Assembly: GCA_000708835.1 (NCBI GenBank)
Contig: DF236965.1
Span: forward strand, 62,001 to 126,000
Length of the DNA stretch: 64,000 nt
Source of the DNA: Klebsormidium nitens
Lineage: Eukaryota > Plantae > Klebsormidiophyceae
Direction of reading: 5' to 3'
The notes below the pieces were generated by a model. That model was not told the origin of the DNA. It did not search any database and saw only the letters and a program-made list of their open reading frames with translations. A program made the translations under genes and the position numbers. Positions 49,201-63,101 of the stretch are shown piece by piece; positions within the stretch are counted from its first letter, which is position 1; each line of letters begins with the position of its first letter.

Positions 49201-52200
49201 GATGCACTAACCAAGGCAACAACGCTACAGGTATACTTCGACTCTGTGTGACCGAAGAAGCAAGGACAGCCACCGTTTGCAGAGCTGAAATGTCTAATTG
49301 TCTTTCTTCCAACCCCATTCGAGGGGGAAATGGCGACGAATCCCGAGAGTCAGAGCAACGCGCAGCAGGCGGGGCCCTACGTGTATGAGCTGATGGATGC
49401 GCCGCTGCTGCCGCACAAGCTCAAGCTCCTCCTTCAGCTTGTCCACGTCGATGAGGGAAGGCATCTGAACCGCAAAATGGCAAGCCAGTGGCAACATCAG
49501 TACCTCAAAGAAAGCAGCCATTGGGTCCCTTTGTGTAAGAAGAGTTTTGAAAGGAAATTCTGGGTAACAGCACTTGACGTATGATATTGAAGCACTTATC
49601 CCGATCTTTCAGACGTGAAGGTGCTGTGGATGCGTCGGCAGACGAATCCTCATGACAAAGACTCAGAAGCGGTGAGGACAATGGTCAGATACGCCGGTTG
49701 ACCGTAGGACCTGCTTCGCGAGTGAATCAAATTCAGAGCCACGATAACCGGAGAAACGATCTCCGCCTACCTGCCAGTGCAGCATGATTTGCCACAGCAG
49801 CTGCAGCGTCCTGTCCCGCTGCCCGTCCACGACGTCAGCAGCCGTCAGCTGCAGCGCGGCCGGCCCGTGCGCGCCCAGAGGTAGCCCGCCGTGCGCGAGC
49901 GTGGCGAGTGCTAGCTGGCAGTTGTGCAGGCAAGCCGCACGGGTGGCGGCCGGAGCTCGGACGTCCTGCGTGTCAAAGGTGGTGCGGGCCATCGGTTGCG
50001 TGCATCGCATTCCGGCCTGTTCTGATGAGGACGGTAGATGGTGCGGACAAATCAGGTTGGAGTGTAGCATGGCAGTGGGAGTATCGGAAAGAAAGGCTTC
50101 GATGATATGTAAAGCATGACGGAGCAGGTCTAGGGTCCGGCAGATTGTAAGGGATGAAGGCAAATGGCTTAAATTGAGTTGGACAAGTAAACGAGAATCT
50201 TAAACGGGAGGTAGCCGAAAAATGGATCAGGTTCCAACATTTAGGATCATATTTGTTTGGACTGAGAAGTTGCTACGCACTTTGTTGCCAACAGCAATCT
50301 TGCCTCTCGACATGCTTTTTGTGGCGGCAGTCGTAGATGTCCAGGCACCAGTCGTCTTCCTGAAAGACGGTGCCATCACGAAAGGCACTAAGCGAAAACT
50401 CTACGAAGGTCGACGAAGTGACGAGGCCAGAGGGGCGTGGGCTTACCTGGAGCGGCGAAGGGTCACCCGTGAGGAGGTGCGCGAGGCGGGCAAGCCGCAG
50501 GCCGTCCCGCAGGTCCACTGTCAGGTTGCTCACGCGGAAGTCCACCTCGTACACCGCAGCCTGCCAAAATGGGAGCCTCTTTGTACATCATTCCAATCCT
50601 GCCCCTGTGCAAAATGCTGCGCTTCGGCGCCTGCATCTCGCTCTGATCCTTCCAGAAAGCGTCGCTCTGTCTCGAGCAAAGCATCGCGTCCCTCATACAA
50701 GTTGAGTCTCCAGCTTTCACGTCTTCAGGGACGTGTCTGTTTCGGGTCATAGTCTACATGGGGAAGAGACGGCTGTCCAAGAGGGAAACACACGGGCGTT
50801 TACTCACCTGCTCGTGAGTTAGAAGATAACCCAGGGCCGCCAGGTGGCGCAGCACGTCTCCTTCTCCCGAGAGGCACCCCGACAGGAACTCTGCGGCGGA
50901 AAAGCGTATCTTCACTACTCTCGTCCATAGAAACCATTGAGTCAGGTATCGTCCAAAATGCAAGGCAAGAAAAGCGGCGTATCTAAACGGCAACCTCTGC
51001 TTGGTCTAATGTTTATCCATTTCGGCTTAAAGAAGAGTCAATTTGTCGCATGTGTCGAAGCCCGCAGCTCTCGACTTCGTGTTGTAAAAGATAATGGCGA
51101 AAGGAGACGCTACTTACTGTAGCGACTTAATCCAAATTCATTCGACTCGCTTTGTTGACTCACCTCTGACAACGCCAGCGCTGCTCTTGACGTTCGCCTC
51201 CTTCTTGAAGAGGAGCGGCAGCGGCAGGCTGCCCCGTAGTGACTCCTGCACCCGGTCCAAGAGCAGCACCAGCAGCAGGAACTTCTTCAGGATGGATCGC
51301 CCAAAAGCTGCCGTGTACCCAGGCCGGAAGAGACCGTCCACTTGCCTGCAGGGGAAAGAACCGGTCTGGATTACGATTTTTTTCAGGATAGTCGAGCGGA
51401 CGAGTGAAGTAGTAATCACGGAATCGGTGCGCTCCACGTTTAGCTGCCCGGGAATGAATTGATCGCTCTCTTCTCCCTTCATGACATGGGCGCGAAGTTT
51501 GCAGTACTCGGGCACAAACACTTGGCTGCGCAACACGCCATCCTTCGAGAAGCATCCCTTTGCAGTACTTGACAAAGCTGCCTCCCTATTGGCAACGTAT
51601 TCCCCTCCACGCTTGTCAGCTTTTCCTGGTCACAATTTTTGGGTCCACAGGTTCCAATCCTAGCGAAACGCCCAACAAGGAAGACAGAGCCCGACCCGAT
51701 TTCCTCACTTGTTTGAGGCATACTCTGCTGCCAGGTGTGGGTCGTGCAGCAGGCGTGTCTCCACCAGTTCTTGCAGCGCGGCTGGCGAGCCCTCCCTCGG
51801 AAGTCCCCCCAGCACCGCCTCTAGTCCCAGGTGCAGCCAGAATGGCTCGTAGCTCATCACGGCCTGGACGGCTTTGGACCGCAGGGCGACGTCCGTGATG
51901 AGGGGGCAGCCCTCCAGCATGCGCAGGTGACCCGCGTCAATGTGCTGCAGGAGAATGCTCAGGGCCCGTCAGCACAAAGGCTTTTTGAAACTCAACAACA
52001 TTAAGCTTGGAAACGAGGTTGTAACTTCCAAACGTATGGGCGCTCCATCAGTGTTCCCGCCCTAGGGAACACTTCTGTTTTCTTGTTGCAAAGAGAGGTC
52101 CACTTCAAAACACGGAGATTATCTGGATGCTAAGAGCCCCTTCCATGCTGGCCTTCAATCGCCCAAGCCCTACGAACATTTGCGTGCATGCCCACGAGTT

Positions 52201-54022
52201 GAAGGGTGAAGAAGTCGGAGCACAAAGGAGCTGACGTACATGCTCCTTGGAGTCATCGTTGGCTCTTGAAGGCACCCACCAAAGCAACCTGTTCCTCACC
52301 TTCTCCACCTTGATCATGGCCCCCACTGTGCGCTCGTCCCTGGCGTACGCATACCAGATCCTCTGCCGCACCCTTTCCTCGGCCCTCATTCGCCCGAGCT
52401 GCCCCAGGCTCAGGCGCCGGTCTTGCAGCCCCGCCACGCGCACCCCTTCTCCACCCCCCAGAAATGGGAGGGGCTCCGCCAGCAGGTGATTCAGCCACGC
52501 AGTGTACGCGCGCATCTGCTTCTCCATCCAGAGGTCCCCGTGGAAGAAGCTCATGGTCCGCTTCTCAGACGACTGCGACAACCCATGTGCTGGTGGAAGG
52601 GCGGGCTTGTTGCCCTCAGACCGCAGCTTAAGCCGCCTCCGCTGAGTGCTGACGTCAGCAGGGCCCCCAGGGTTCGGGGGACGGGAGCTCGGCACGCTGC
52701 GCCTATGGAGCTTTGTCCTCTTCATGTCTTGCCCTAGAGCTCCGGTGTCTCGGGAGAGGCGCTCTGCCTGCATACCAATGCTGCTGAGGCTTTTGGTAAT
52801 CTCTTGGTCCAGCTTTCGGCAATCCAGGTCCTCTTCGCGAGCAGCCTCCCCGTCCTCCCCACTGTCGCTGTCCTCTTGCTCGACGTACAGCTGGCGCTTC
52901 ACGCTCAGGGGACGAGCAGCCACACGAGGGGCCTTCTCTACCTTTGCAACCCCCTTATTGGCCCCAACTGTTAAGCGGTCACCTGAGCTATTAACAGGGC
53001 CTTCGCTGCAGCTATCCTCTGCCAAGACATCCTCCCCATGCCGTGACTTTGCAACTTCTTCAACAGTGCCTGCAGACCGCTCTCCTGCCGGCTCTGCTTC
53101 GTAACAATGGTGTGTGTCTGTACTTTCCTTAGCGGAAAGCTCAGATACAGAGACCGACAGCTCAGGTTCAGCCGCTAGCAAACTCCTGCTTCTAGCCTCG
53201 GCTTGCAAGGAACGCTTCCCCAAAAGTGCTAAGAAGCGGGGATTCTGACGGCCTAGCTTTGGGGAGTGTGGCTTGGTGCCAATGGGCTTTGGCAGCCTGG
53301 GGGCCAGGGGTCGCACATTCGAAGAAAGTAGCCCCAGGGGCTTGTGCGGGCTGCTTGCACTGCTCAGCTTTGAAACTTTCCGAGACTGCAGCGAAGACAG
53401 GCGACATTCGGGTTAGCTTTGGGCATCCGAGATTTGAACCAAGTCCGCTGCGTAGCAGTCGGTGCCTACAGCGTCCTTCTGCAGGTGCAAGTCTGTTGCT
53501 AGTTACTCTGACTATGTGTTGTGAGACAGTGCAATGAATGCATCCAAAGCTACTGTTGGCAAGGGAAAGAGGCTGCAAAGAATTCAAAGTGAGGACTTAC
53601 CAAAGATAAGATGAAGATGAGTCTCTTACCTTGTACATGGTGCCTGTTCCCAGTAGCACCACCTGCAGCCGGTGCCTTCCCTGCCATTTGAACGTGAGCG
53701 TCTCTCTGCATCTGCCTGGCTGCGTAGGCTCCCAGGTTATCCTTACGAGTACACTGCTGTCTGGGCCCAGGATGACGCTCCAAGGCTGCCCTGGGCGTGC
53801 ATGCCGCTGGAACGCAGGATTGGCCTCACTCTCATGCAGGAAGAAGCCTTTGGATCGGGGCACGCTATCCTCCTGCACTTCCTGTGTCAGCAGGCCGCCG
53901 TTTCTGATCGCCAGTACTGCGCTGACCTGGCTGCCAATGACTCCCTCCCCAAAATCGATCTGGGGGACACCAGAGAACTGCTCAAGCCTAAGGGCAGGCA
54001 AAATGTCCTCCTCACTCCCCAT
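40272..54022 (-). CDS. ASPM: Abnormal spindle-like microcephaly-associated protein homolog (ASH domain, 2 CH domains, long IQ array, ARM-like C-terminus); apparent frameshift near 45050-45090; last exons uncertain
   Basis: Exon 1 at 54022-53630 is Ig-like ASH (IDFGEGVIG..LAIRN..LTFKWQG). Later exons encode LKKFLLLVLLLDR, SGEGDVLRHL, DFRVSNLTVDLRDGLRL, DVVDGQRDRTLQLLWQI, VRNFTTSFADGRALCLLVSHY and NERIVITYVAFLCSRLL. IQxxxRG repeats span ~46530-43160. The C-terminal exons encode LGSRTTAAL and LLRFIQSCNRSTPH. Confidence 0.9.
44860..45610 (-). repeat. 207-nt (69-aa, 3 x IQ) higher-order repeat within the ASPM IQ array, ~4 units
   Basis: Equivalent codons (KVVAIQAAV / KVTLVQASV / SVTLVQASV / SAVLIQAAV) start at 45541, 45334, 45127 and 44918, giving spacings of 207, 207 and 209. 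Confidence 0.85.
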
Positions 54023-54787
54023 GTTTGCCCCTTGACTCTGAGTCCTGCTTTCAAGCTTTTATAGGCACTTCATTATGTAAGCTGTGCAACTGTGCCCTCA
54101 GTGCACCTCTCTCAGGACGGCCTGGTGCGGTACTCTCCTCAACCAGGCTGCTCTATCTGCAGATTGTATCATATGGTTCTTTAGATGACTGCTTTCTGCT
54201 TGAGCGATTACACAATGTGCAGTCAATTTTGACCACAAATCAAGCCATCCCGTTGAGCCGCAGCCGATCAATGGCATCAACTTTTGACACGGATGGCGGG
54301 AGAACCTCTTCGCAGAGAACTTAGAAGTTACCCACCGCCGCCGGTTAATACTGCATCCGATTCCTCCATCCGAATCTTGAATGAAGGCGAAGAAAAGTCA
54401 CCGAAGACTCACTAAACACTGCCAACAGAGAGAAATGGTCGCCCACGACCTCCATGTTCATGAGATTTGGTGCAGGACTGTTCACGCAGACTGCATTTCA
54501 GCAATTCAAACTTGAACCTGAGTTGGGACCGTTTGTTCTTTCCGCGATTCCTGACGGTCGATCTTCGAAGTTCTGTCCAATCGACGTCTCAAAAGCAAGA
54601 GTGACGATGGTCTGCCAAAAAGTTAGGGTTTGCGTGAATGCGTGACTGCATGTGCTGCTGCTGCATGACATTGACAGCTCCACTGCTGCACCAGCTGCAG
54701 TCGATCAGCTATGGTACAGTTTAATTCAGAGTTTTCATCCGCTTCTTGAAAATCATTCACGGTAGCAGGAGGCTGCACTTGTCAGGA

Positions 54788-57700
54788 ATGGCGCCAGGAG
54801 GAGTTGCACCTCCGCTGTCGGAAATAGATGAAATGCTGGCGGAGCAAGCAGACATTCCATACGAGCTGAAAGATGTCAAAGGTTAGAACATTCTGACCAT
54901 TTTTTGAAGCAGAGACCACATTATGCAGCTGTTCATCATGTCTCGCTCAGTTGGCTGCCTTTTATGTATCCTTAGCAAATTCCAGGATTCTTTCCATGAC
55001 AGGAGTGCAGACTGTTGCAAGCCAATTGGCAAAGCAAACCCATTGCAAGCTCTTTTCTTGCAGCTCCGCGTCTGGCAGGTTTGCCCCTGAAGCTCTTTGC
55101 TTGGGCTGTGGAAAGCAGCTGGTCATCGTCAATCCTGCCAAAACTCAAACGGGACAGCAACATTCCCCAGGTATGACATGATGACGTGCTGTGCGTATGG
55201 ATTTGCGAGGGGCACTTATCAGTTGCGTTCTCTTCCAGGGACTCGTTTTACTCGGGGGATCCCTCTTCCATGAACACATCAATATGTTTCTCAGGCTGAG
55301 GGTTCACATATTAAAGCGGTTATATTCCGATCGCACCACCTTGACACTATAAACGCCAACTAAGACAGACACTGAGTTGGCCTTGTTGCAGATCTTGAAT
55401 GAACGTGACTGGCCAGACGAGCCAACCTTCTTCCCAGCGCATTCCACATCAAGTGAGGTTGCAGAAGTTTCTTGTCCAAACTAGCCAATCCTGTCTAAAC
55501 TTTTTATAATAAGGTGGTCGAAGAATACAAAGTCCGAGGTTAGTAAGCCTCTGGTTCTTTGTGACAGGATAGCAGTCCCTATTGTTCAATGGGAACTTTT
55601 GGCAGCACGGTAGAGTCTATAAAGGGCTCCTGCTTAGCACACCAAAGTACCTTCAATCTGCAGAATACAGCTGCTTTTGTGACTTGACGAGCGTTTGCGC
55701 TTTTGTTCAGAGCTATTCGTGATCCCAGACACGAAAATTTGCAGGTTACGTAGAAGAGTCCGGTGTTTGGCCATTGCAAGAGGCCAACACGAGGGGCAAC
55801 CTTGCGACGGCCGTGCAAGCACTCCCAGCAGAAACATCATCGGGATCAGGCTTCCAGTACTGGAAGATCCGTGACTACGCGAATGCTTACAGCACCGGGA
55901 GTGTGACACCTGTCCAGGTAATGCCAACCTCCTTCTAAGACAAAGCCAGCTGGGTTGAAGTAAAGTGAATACTCAGCTGTAAATCACTTTCTTTAGTGCA
56001 TTGCTGACATTCAAACACTGTCATTGTCCATGTAGGCTTCACGGGGTTCCCCTATGTCAAAGTAAAAGGGTCACTTCTTTGTTCAGTGCTAAGATTGTCC
56101 TTGAGTGCCCTACTTTCACTTTCGCATCTGAAGGTAAACATATGTGTGTATTTCAATTCGAGTACCTTTTACCTCCAGGTCGCAGAGAGATTCATCGCTG
56201 CCATAGAAGCATCCCAGAAGCAGAAGCCGGCTTTGAATTTCCTCATAGCTTGGAGCAAAGACGACATTCTAAGACAGGCAGAGGCCTCGAAGCAACGCTA
56301 TGCCCAAGGTGAGGGCCTCGCTCCAGTCACTCATAAGGTGGACAATCTGTGCCTTTGATATGCTCATCCTAAACCTGGTAGCTCTTGAGCAGGAGTAAGA
56401 GATCTTCGATTTCAGATCACTAGGTCATGGAAACCATGCAGGCTCAAAAGCATCAATTGTGACGAGTCTCTTTGCAACCCTTCCGAGAGACCCCTGCTTC
56501 TGCCTCAAGCCTGCCTTTCTTTGTGCAGGAGCACCTCTGTCCGTTCTTGATGGTGTGCCAATAGCCATAAAGGACGAGATCGACTGCCTTCCTCACAAAA
56601 CAACAGGCGGTACCACATGGCTTGCTGACACTCGCCCGGTGAAGGAGGATGCTGCCATTGCTGCCAGGTTGAAGGAAGCAGGGGCGTTGATTGTCGGCAA
56701 GGTTGGGCTCCGTACGAACAGTACTGCTTACAATCTCAGCAACGACCGCTTTTGATCCCTAGGGCTGAATACGAAGGTAGAACCTCTCTCCTTTCTGATC
56801 GGCAGCAATCTGCTGTCGTGCAGAGCAATTATCCTGGATTGCTTCGGTCCTGTTTCGAAGCTGACTACGTGCTTTTCTGCCAGGCGAACATGCACGAAGT
56901 TGGGAGCGGAACCTTTGGCATCAATCCGCACTATGGGTGAGCGGTGCTAACCCTTGATAGTCACTACTAGTCCAACCTACTCCTGCGACGTCAACTGGTC
57001 TTGTAAGGATCAGAAAGCCTCCAGTTCAATCTGCAGTCTGAGCCTGAGAGGTACTTCCTAAGCCACGCAGAAACATCGAATTGTATGTTTTCCTGTCTAC
57101 AGGTCGCCTCGCAACCCCCATAACCCAGCCCACGTCACTGGCGGATCCTCAGCTGGCAGTGCAGCTCTGGTGGCGGCTGGGCTGGTGCCTGTGGCCCTTG
57201 GAGTTGACGGGGGAGGTAAGGGTCGGAGTATCTGAGGGTGTCTACCAAAGTCGAAACTAGAAAGTTAGTTGGGACACATCAATCATGTGATTAAATTGTC
57301 GGTAAGAGCCGCCACAGTTGGAAGGACGTTCGATATGCGACAATCGCCTCTGTTGTACAGACATAGTGTCGGATGTAAATGCAATCAGCTTGCGTCCCCA
57401 ACTCATGGTCAGCACTTCGAACCAAGGTGCGAGAAGGCGTCGAAGTCTCTTCCATTTCGACGTGGATGCGACTAAGGACTGCCTCTTCCGTTCCTGCTTC
57501 CTTTTCAGCCAAAGTGACTACGGTCAGCACACTGATTGTCCTGCAGAATTGGTCTTCTCACGATTAGGCCGGTACCTTCTCACGATTAGGCCGGTACTCA
57601 CATATCTGTCTGTATGTTCTCTCAGGTTCCGTGCGGATTCCGGCCAGCCTGTGCGGCATCGTTGGGCTGAAGGGCACGTTTGGACGGGTACCTGTTCATG

Positions 57701-60700
57701 GGTGAGTGCGGACCAACGTTTCCTTTGACCCACTTTCCTTTCGCCCTTGGACTTCAGCAGTAACACCACGCAGAAATCACCTTGTAAGTAGGTGATTGTT
57801 AGCAGTATTCTTGAAGATAAGAAACTACTGCGGACGTGACAAGTCAGTCAGCCAATCATTTGGCAGCGATGAATACTCACCTAGGGTAGTTTCATGACAT
57901 GATGGTGCAAAGTCATGACGAAGGATCTAGAGCCTGGCCAAGAAGATAGGTAAGTTATCTCTATCCGAGTTCTACTTGCAAGCCGATGTGTACTTAATCC
58001 ACGTAATGATCACTACTGCTGTTTTGCACAGTCATCTCCGACCATACCATTGATGCACTTCCCTCGCTAGGCACCTATCTCCTGGTTGCTTGCGAGCGCA
58101 TTGTACTCGTCGGACATTGTTCGCATTCGACTGAGCTGCTGCCACCTGTAATCCGCAGGCACATTCCAATCACCAACTCAGTGGGAATGAGCGGTCCGTT
58201 GGCCGCATCTGTCGAGGACGCACTCATCGTGTAGGTGTGGTGCTCTCTTTGTCGAAAAGCATCTCCGCTCTTGGCTTCTACTTAAGCAGCTTGTCATGTT
58301 ATAAGGACACCTTGCATGTTATTGCCTCGTCGTCGTTCCAATTCCTGACTCTTAGTCGCAGTGTGACGTTCCTTGCACTAAGTTGTACGAGGCATCTAGA
58401 AATTGCTGGAAGCGTGTCCGTGCATCGAACCGCGTGGCCTTTGGAGGGACGCAAAATCTATAAGACGGAGGTCATAAAACGGAGTAAGTAAGCTGATTCT
58501 GTGCAGGTACGCCGCAATTGCCGGACCCCATCCTGGAAACCATCACTCGCTGGCCCAGGTAACGCGTTCACGCACCTCCTTGCGACACTGGTTCGAACGC
58601 TGACCAACGATGCCCGACCTGGTGCCTCTTCCTTGTTCCTGAACTTACTTGGGATGTTCCCTACACGATCAGAGAACTTTGCTCCAATTGCAAGTATGAG
58701 ATGAGTTTCTGTGAATAGCTGCTTGAAACCAGTCCTTGCATGTGTACGAGACGATTTTTGATGTCATCTATACATTGTGGTCCGGTCAAGAGCAGCTTTT
58801 GCAACTAAGCGTAATGCGACGCGAGTACTGAAGCAGGCGCTGAAGTCAATTCCTCCTGTCCGTAGCCTGCTGTCCGCATTCCACGATTGTCGGGCCCTGG
58901 TCTGACCAGCCTTGCCAACGTGAGGATCGGCCGCTACCAGCGCTACTTCGAGCACGCAGACCCGGAGGTGGTGCAAGTGTGCACGCAGGCGGTGCGGGTA
59001 CTCGAGAACGAGCTCAAAGCGCAGGTAAGTCGGGATTGAGACCTGGACCCTGAGTGACAGTCCTGTGTCAATGTGTGTTTCTTTCCATAGTATGCTCTAG
59101 CATGTCGGTGCATCTCGGGTGTTGAGTGCTCACCACAAGCTGCAGAGTCTGCATATCACCTTTCTGGTGCATCCCGCTGTGGATTTTCGATGGACCGTCG
59201 ACGAATTTTTGAAACCTCGTGGAAACCGACCGGTATGGCATTTCGCTGTCAGCTTCGATGCAGACTCAGAGAGCCGAAGTCAGGCAAGGGGTTCGTGTGC
59301 GCAGTTTTGCGCCCTTGTCAGATTCACAGGTATGCAAGTCTTAGAAACGCATATCGTCCTCTTAATCCACATGCGTCTGCCGCCTTGTTCCTCAAACTCT
59401 GGTCATTCAACATCTCAGTCCATTGTTGCCATTGACGAGTCTGTGGGGTCCAGATGTCGGTAATCTGTCTGCTGAAATTCTGGTCATCGGACCTCGATGT
59501 TCCAAGTCAGTCATGATTGGAGACTCAAAGGTTCGGGTGGGGTCCAGAATCCAGATGCGAATCACAGTGACTCCTAGCACGTTTTGCGAACCCTACCTTC
59601 TCCAGCAAATGAGGTCTGTTTTCCACCAGATTGACGTGTAACAAAGCTTCTGAGTTTCGTCGTTCTTGTAAGGCGTTCTTAACCGGAAGCATTGTTATGC
59701 GGGCAGTTTGTAGACGTGGTCATTCCCGAGCTGGAGGAGCTGCGCGTTGGTTGGACCGGTACGTTCCCGGTGGAGAGCTTCTCGTTCCTCAACTACCAGT
59801 ACGAGCACGGCAAGAAGGCGCTCCTTGGGTACGACGTGCGGATCAATTCGGCGGTCGGGCGGAGCTTCAGCGGGCTCGACTACGTGAACGCTCAGAAGCT
59901 TAGGTGGGGCGCCAGCCCAGGGAACGAAACATCTTTGCCTCCTAATCTTTTCAGCCGGGGATGTACGAAGAGTCGAAGCTTGCGAAAAGGAAAGGAGAAG
60001 TTTTAGGGGCGCAAGGGAAGCAGTGGAGCAGCTTTCCAGGATAATGTTGTTGATTGAACGGTAAAAATAAGGTTGAAAGTTTTGAGTGCCGTGTGCAAAG
60101 CCGGGGGGACAGTCAATTCGCTTGTACTGAGTGAGCAAGTCGTGCACACTTGTTACGTGTTTCCAGTATCTTGGACAGCTGATCTGAACGCCGCACCTCG
60201 TGTGCTGTGAGCAGGACGCGGAGCCTCCACCACTGGGCCAAGGTCCTCGAGAAGGTTGACATCATCGTGACGCCAACATCAGCGTAAGCGCTGCGGGCTT
60301 TCTCGATGTAGCGTTGCGTTGCGTCTTCTGGATGATGTATGAAGAGCCGTACGAGGCACGTCTTCCATTGTCCCGGTGGACTGTACGCAGTCCGGATTCT
60401 CTGCTCGACAATGGCGCGGCAAGCTCGAATTGTAGGATACGTCAATGGAAAAGCGTCTTCATTTCGGCGTTCGTATCAGCCGATGGTGCGGAAGCTCTTG
60501 CTCCGTTCCGTTTTTACAGAAAGTGCCCCCTTTTCGACGAAAGGAATCCTAATGTAGAGCTTTCTCGTATTGTCAATCCAGGAAGACTGCCCCGCTATTG
60601 AAAAGCGACGCGCTGGCGACGGGCGACTCCGACCTGACGCAAGCTTGTGAGCATTTTCGCCTGCCTAAGCCCCTCCTTGAAGAAGTGTGTATCTGAAGAA

Positions 60701-61887
60701 CAATAAACGTTGCTTAAAGAGTGTCAGAACTCCAGCATCAACCTGCTCAAGTCCCTGCTTGAGTGTTCTCGCAGGGCTGCATTGTTCAGTCTGACGGTCA
60801 GCTGGACTCCGACAATCCTTTCACTTGACGGCCACATGCCGCCGACCACATCCTCTGTCTTCGACAACTAGCCTCTCAAGTTTCCGTGAAAAGCGGGCTC
60901 GAGTATAGACACTCTACTGCTTCGACTTTGCTTGTCATGGTCCTTTGTTCCATTCTTTCCGCCTCTTCCCCTAGGTCTTGCTTACCGAAGGACTACCCGA
61001 ATATCTCGAGTGCAGAGTTCAGCCCTATCATTTGCGTGCTCCCATGCCCAGCTTACCCGCACAAAGCCCGTCTTCCATCTCACCTTACTTACCCACCTAT
61101 TGCATTCTCCCAGTGGCCCTCACCCGTTTTGTGGTGCCCGGCAACTTCCTGGGCCTGCCCGCCATCAGCGTTCCCGTGGGCTACGACACCAAGGGTCTCC
61201 CGGTTGGCCTGCAGCTCATCGGGCGGCCGTACGCAGAGGCGACGCTCCTCAAGGTCGCCGCAGCGCTCGAGGTGAGCTATCACCTACTCCGCGCATACAC
61301 TGATCAAACGAGGGCTGCAGCAGGTTTGCGTAGGTTGTTATACAGGTCGCTTGTGTGTGGATCCTGAGGGCTACGAAACGGAAACCTGTCCTTTCTGTTA
61401 AGGAATCACACGAATCCCTGTGGTGGACTTTGTCATCAAAAACGTTGAACTGGACTTACGATTTAATGCAGACGTTTCGAGACTCGAGTGCACAGATCAT
61501 ATGCTGGGTCATGTCGGCTACCAGAGCTTCTTAAGAATCAGGTCAAGAGTTCGCAGCTTGTGATCGTGATTTTTTGGCTTTCCAAGCTGCCCTCTTGGAG
61601 CATACTCCTTGTATGCAAACGCGAATGCGTTACTCAAAGTGCCATTCCAAGAATATAAACAAAGCTATCTTGGAGCGCACTTCTTGAGGAAGCGGTTCCT
61701 AGTCATCGTCCTTGCCCACCGGAAGATGAGGTACAAACCTGGATGTGGATTGCGCTCGGTGTTGGCCCCTTGACGGCTGCAGCTGGCGGCAGCGGTGTTG
61801 ACTAGCAACCGTGCACTCTGTTTCCAGGCTATAATGTCCCCTTCAAGGAAGAAGCCGGCGATCTTCTATAATCTCCTAAGCAAGTAA
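54788..61887 (+). CDS. FAAH: Fatty acid amide hydrolase (amidase signature family, plant FAAH type)
   Basis: ATG at 54788 ([14 protein letters not shown]..). Spliced exons encode [42 protein letters not shown] (catalytic Lys), ANMHEVG, GGSSAGS, GVDGGG|[10 protein letters not shown] (nucleophile Ser), [42 protein letters not shown] and [12 protein letters not shown]. Confidence 0.93.
57554..57597 (+). repeat. Perfect 22-bp tandem duplication in a FAAH intron
   Basis: cttctcacgattaggccggtac occurs twice in tandem. Confidence 0.9.
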
Positions 61888-62853
61888 GTGAAACGGGATT
61901 TTGAATGCGCAAACTAAGCGCACTGCCGTAGGTCAGGTCACAATTACTTGTGGGGTGAAGCCGGCAATTAGTCTGTGTCTAGGAGTGCCACCGCTGTACT
62001 GTCATGCTGTGCTGATAGTCACTATGGCAGAAGCGGAGCCTGCTGTGGTGATGGGTGACATTACTATGATCATGTATGGTTGAGCAGTTAAAAGTTGGAC
62101 CGTGGACCGTTTTGTCGTTAAGCTCTTGATGGCTGGTCCGACCAATTATTGGTCAGCACTGGTTTTGCATGCTAACTCACGTGGATCTGCAAGTTGCCTC
62201 CGACGATGGAACACATGCGTTATTCTTCAAGGAAGCGATCCATTCAGCAGCGAGGTCTTTTGCACGCATGCAAGGATGCCAGCCATATTGTGCATGGGCC
62301 GCTAGTGCATCGTTAAGTTTGACAACAGCAAGTCTTACTGCATGCTTTTCGCAATTGCCTATGACTAAGCCGTAGAGTGTGGCTCACATGGCATGGCGTT
62401 CATTCTCATGGCCTACTTCTGTTCGAGCCTAGCGAGAGAGCTTGGGCCTCCACTTGCCAAGTTATCTGCAAAAGTAAATGGACTTGGGGAGAATTGGCCG
62501 TGATCCCAAGCTCGGCCGGAATAACATCAACTTCTCGATAAAATGTTGGGCTATATAGCCCTCAAAAGGTACTAATGTTTTGAAACGCGTGGCGACCCAG
62601 GCCACCGTGACCGGATATGCAGAAGCCTGAGCAGTGGTATTTCGGATGGTCTAGTGGTAAGATCGAGGGACTCTGCGAACATTGACTCACGATAGATCGC
62701 GGGTTCAATCCTGGCCGCGCTGAAACGCCAGTTGCATGATTTGCAATTTCTTTCCGACGATCTGCTGATGACTTTTCCCAGTAGCCCCCGGGCGAAAAGG
62801 GTTGCTACAGCACGCCTCGTCGGACTGTTGAAAACTTTTAGTGAGACTGAATA

Positions 62854-63101
62854 ATTTGCGCGGCCGCGCAAATGCGCGCGACGTTTAGCATGCGGCGGCC
62901 GCGCAGGCCGGCCCGCGCTTGTTCTCGCGCGGCCGGGAGGTTTACGGGCGGTTCTACAGTTTGAGTCTATCCGGTCCATACCACGCGTCCGGTACCTACC
63001 GTTTAAGGAAAGATCTTGAAGCGGTCCTACTTTTCCGGGCATACCCTGGTACGACCTACATACGAAGTACCTACGTTAGTAAGGTAGGTACCTAGGTACC
63101 T
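62854..63101. repeat. Cluster of perfect palindromes and GTAC-rich sequence
   Basis: ATTTGCGCGGCCGCGCAAAT (62854-62873, 20 bp) and AGGTACCTAGGTACCT (63086-63101, 16 bp), with several GTAC cores between them. Confidence 0.6.

Noticed and set aside
54250-54533. Two MSA-like AACGG cores upstream of ASPM
   Set aside because: A 5-mer at this frequency is expected by chance, and the flanks match the MSA consensus poorly.
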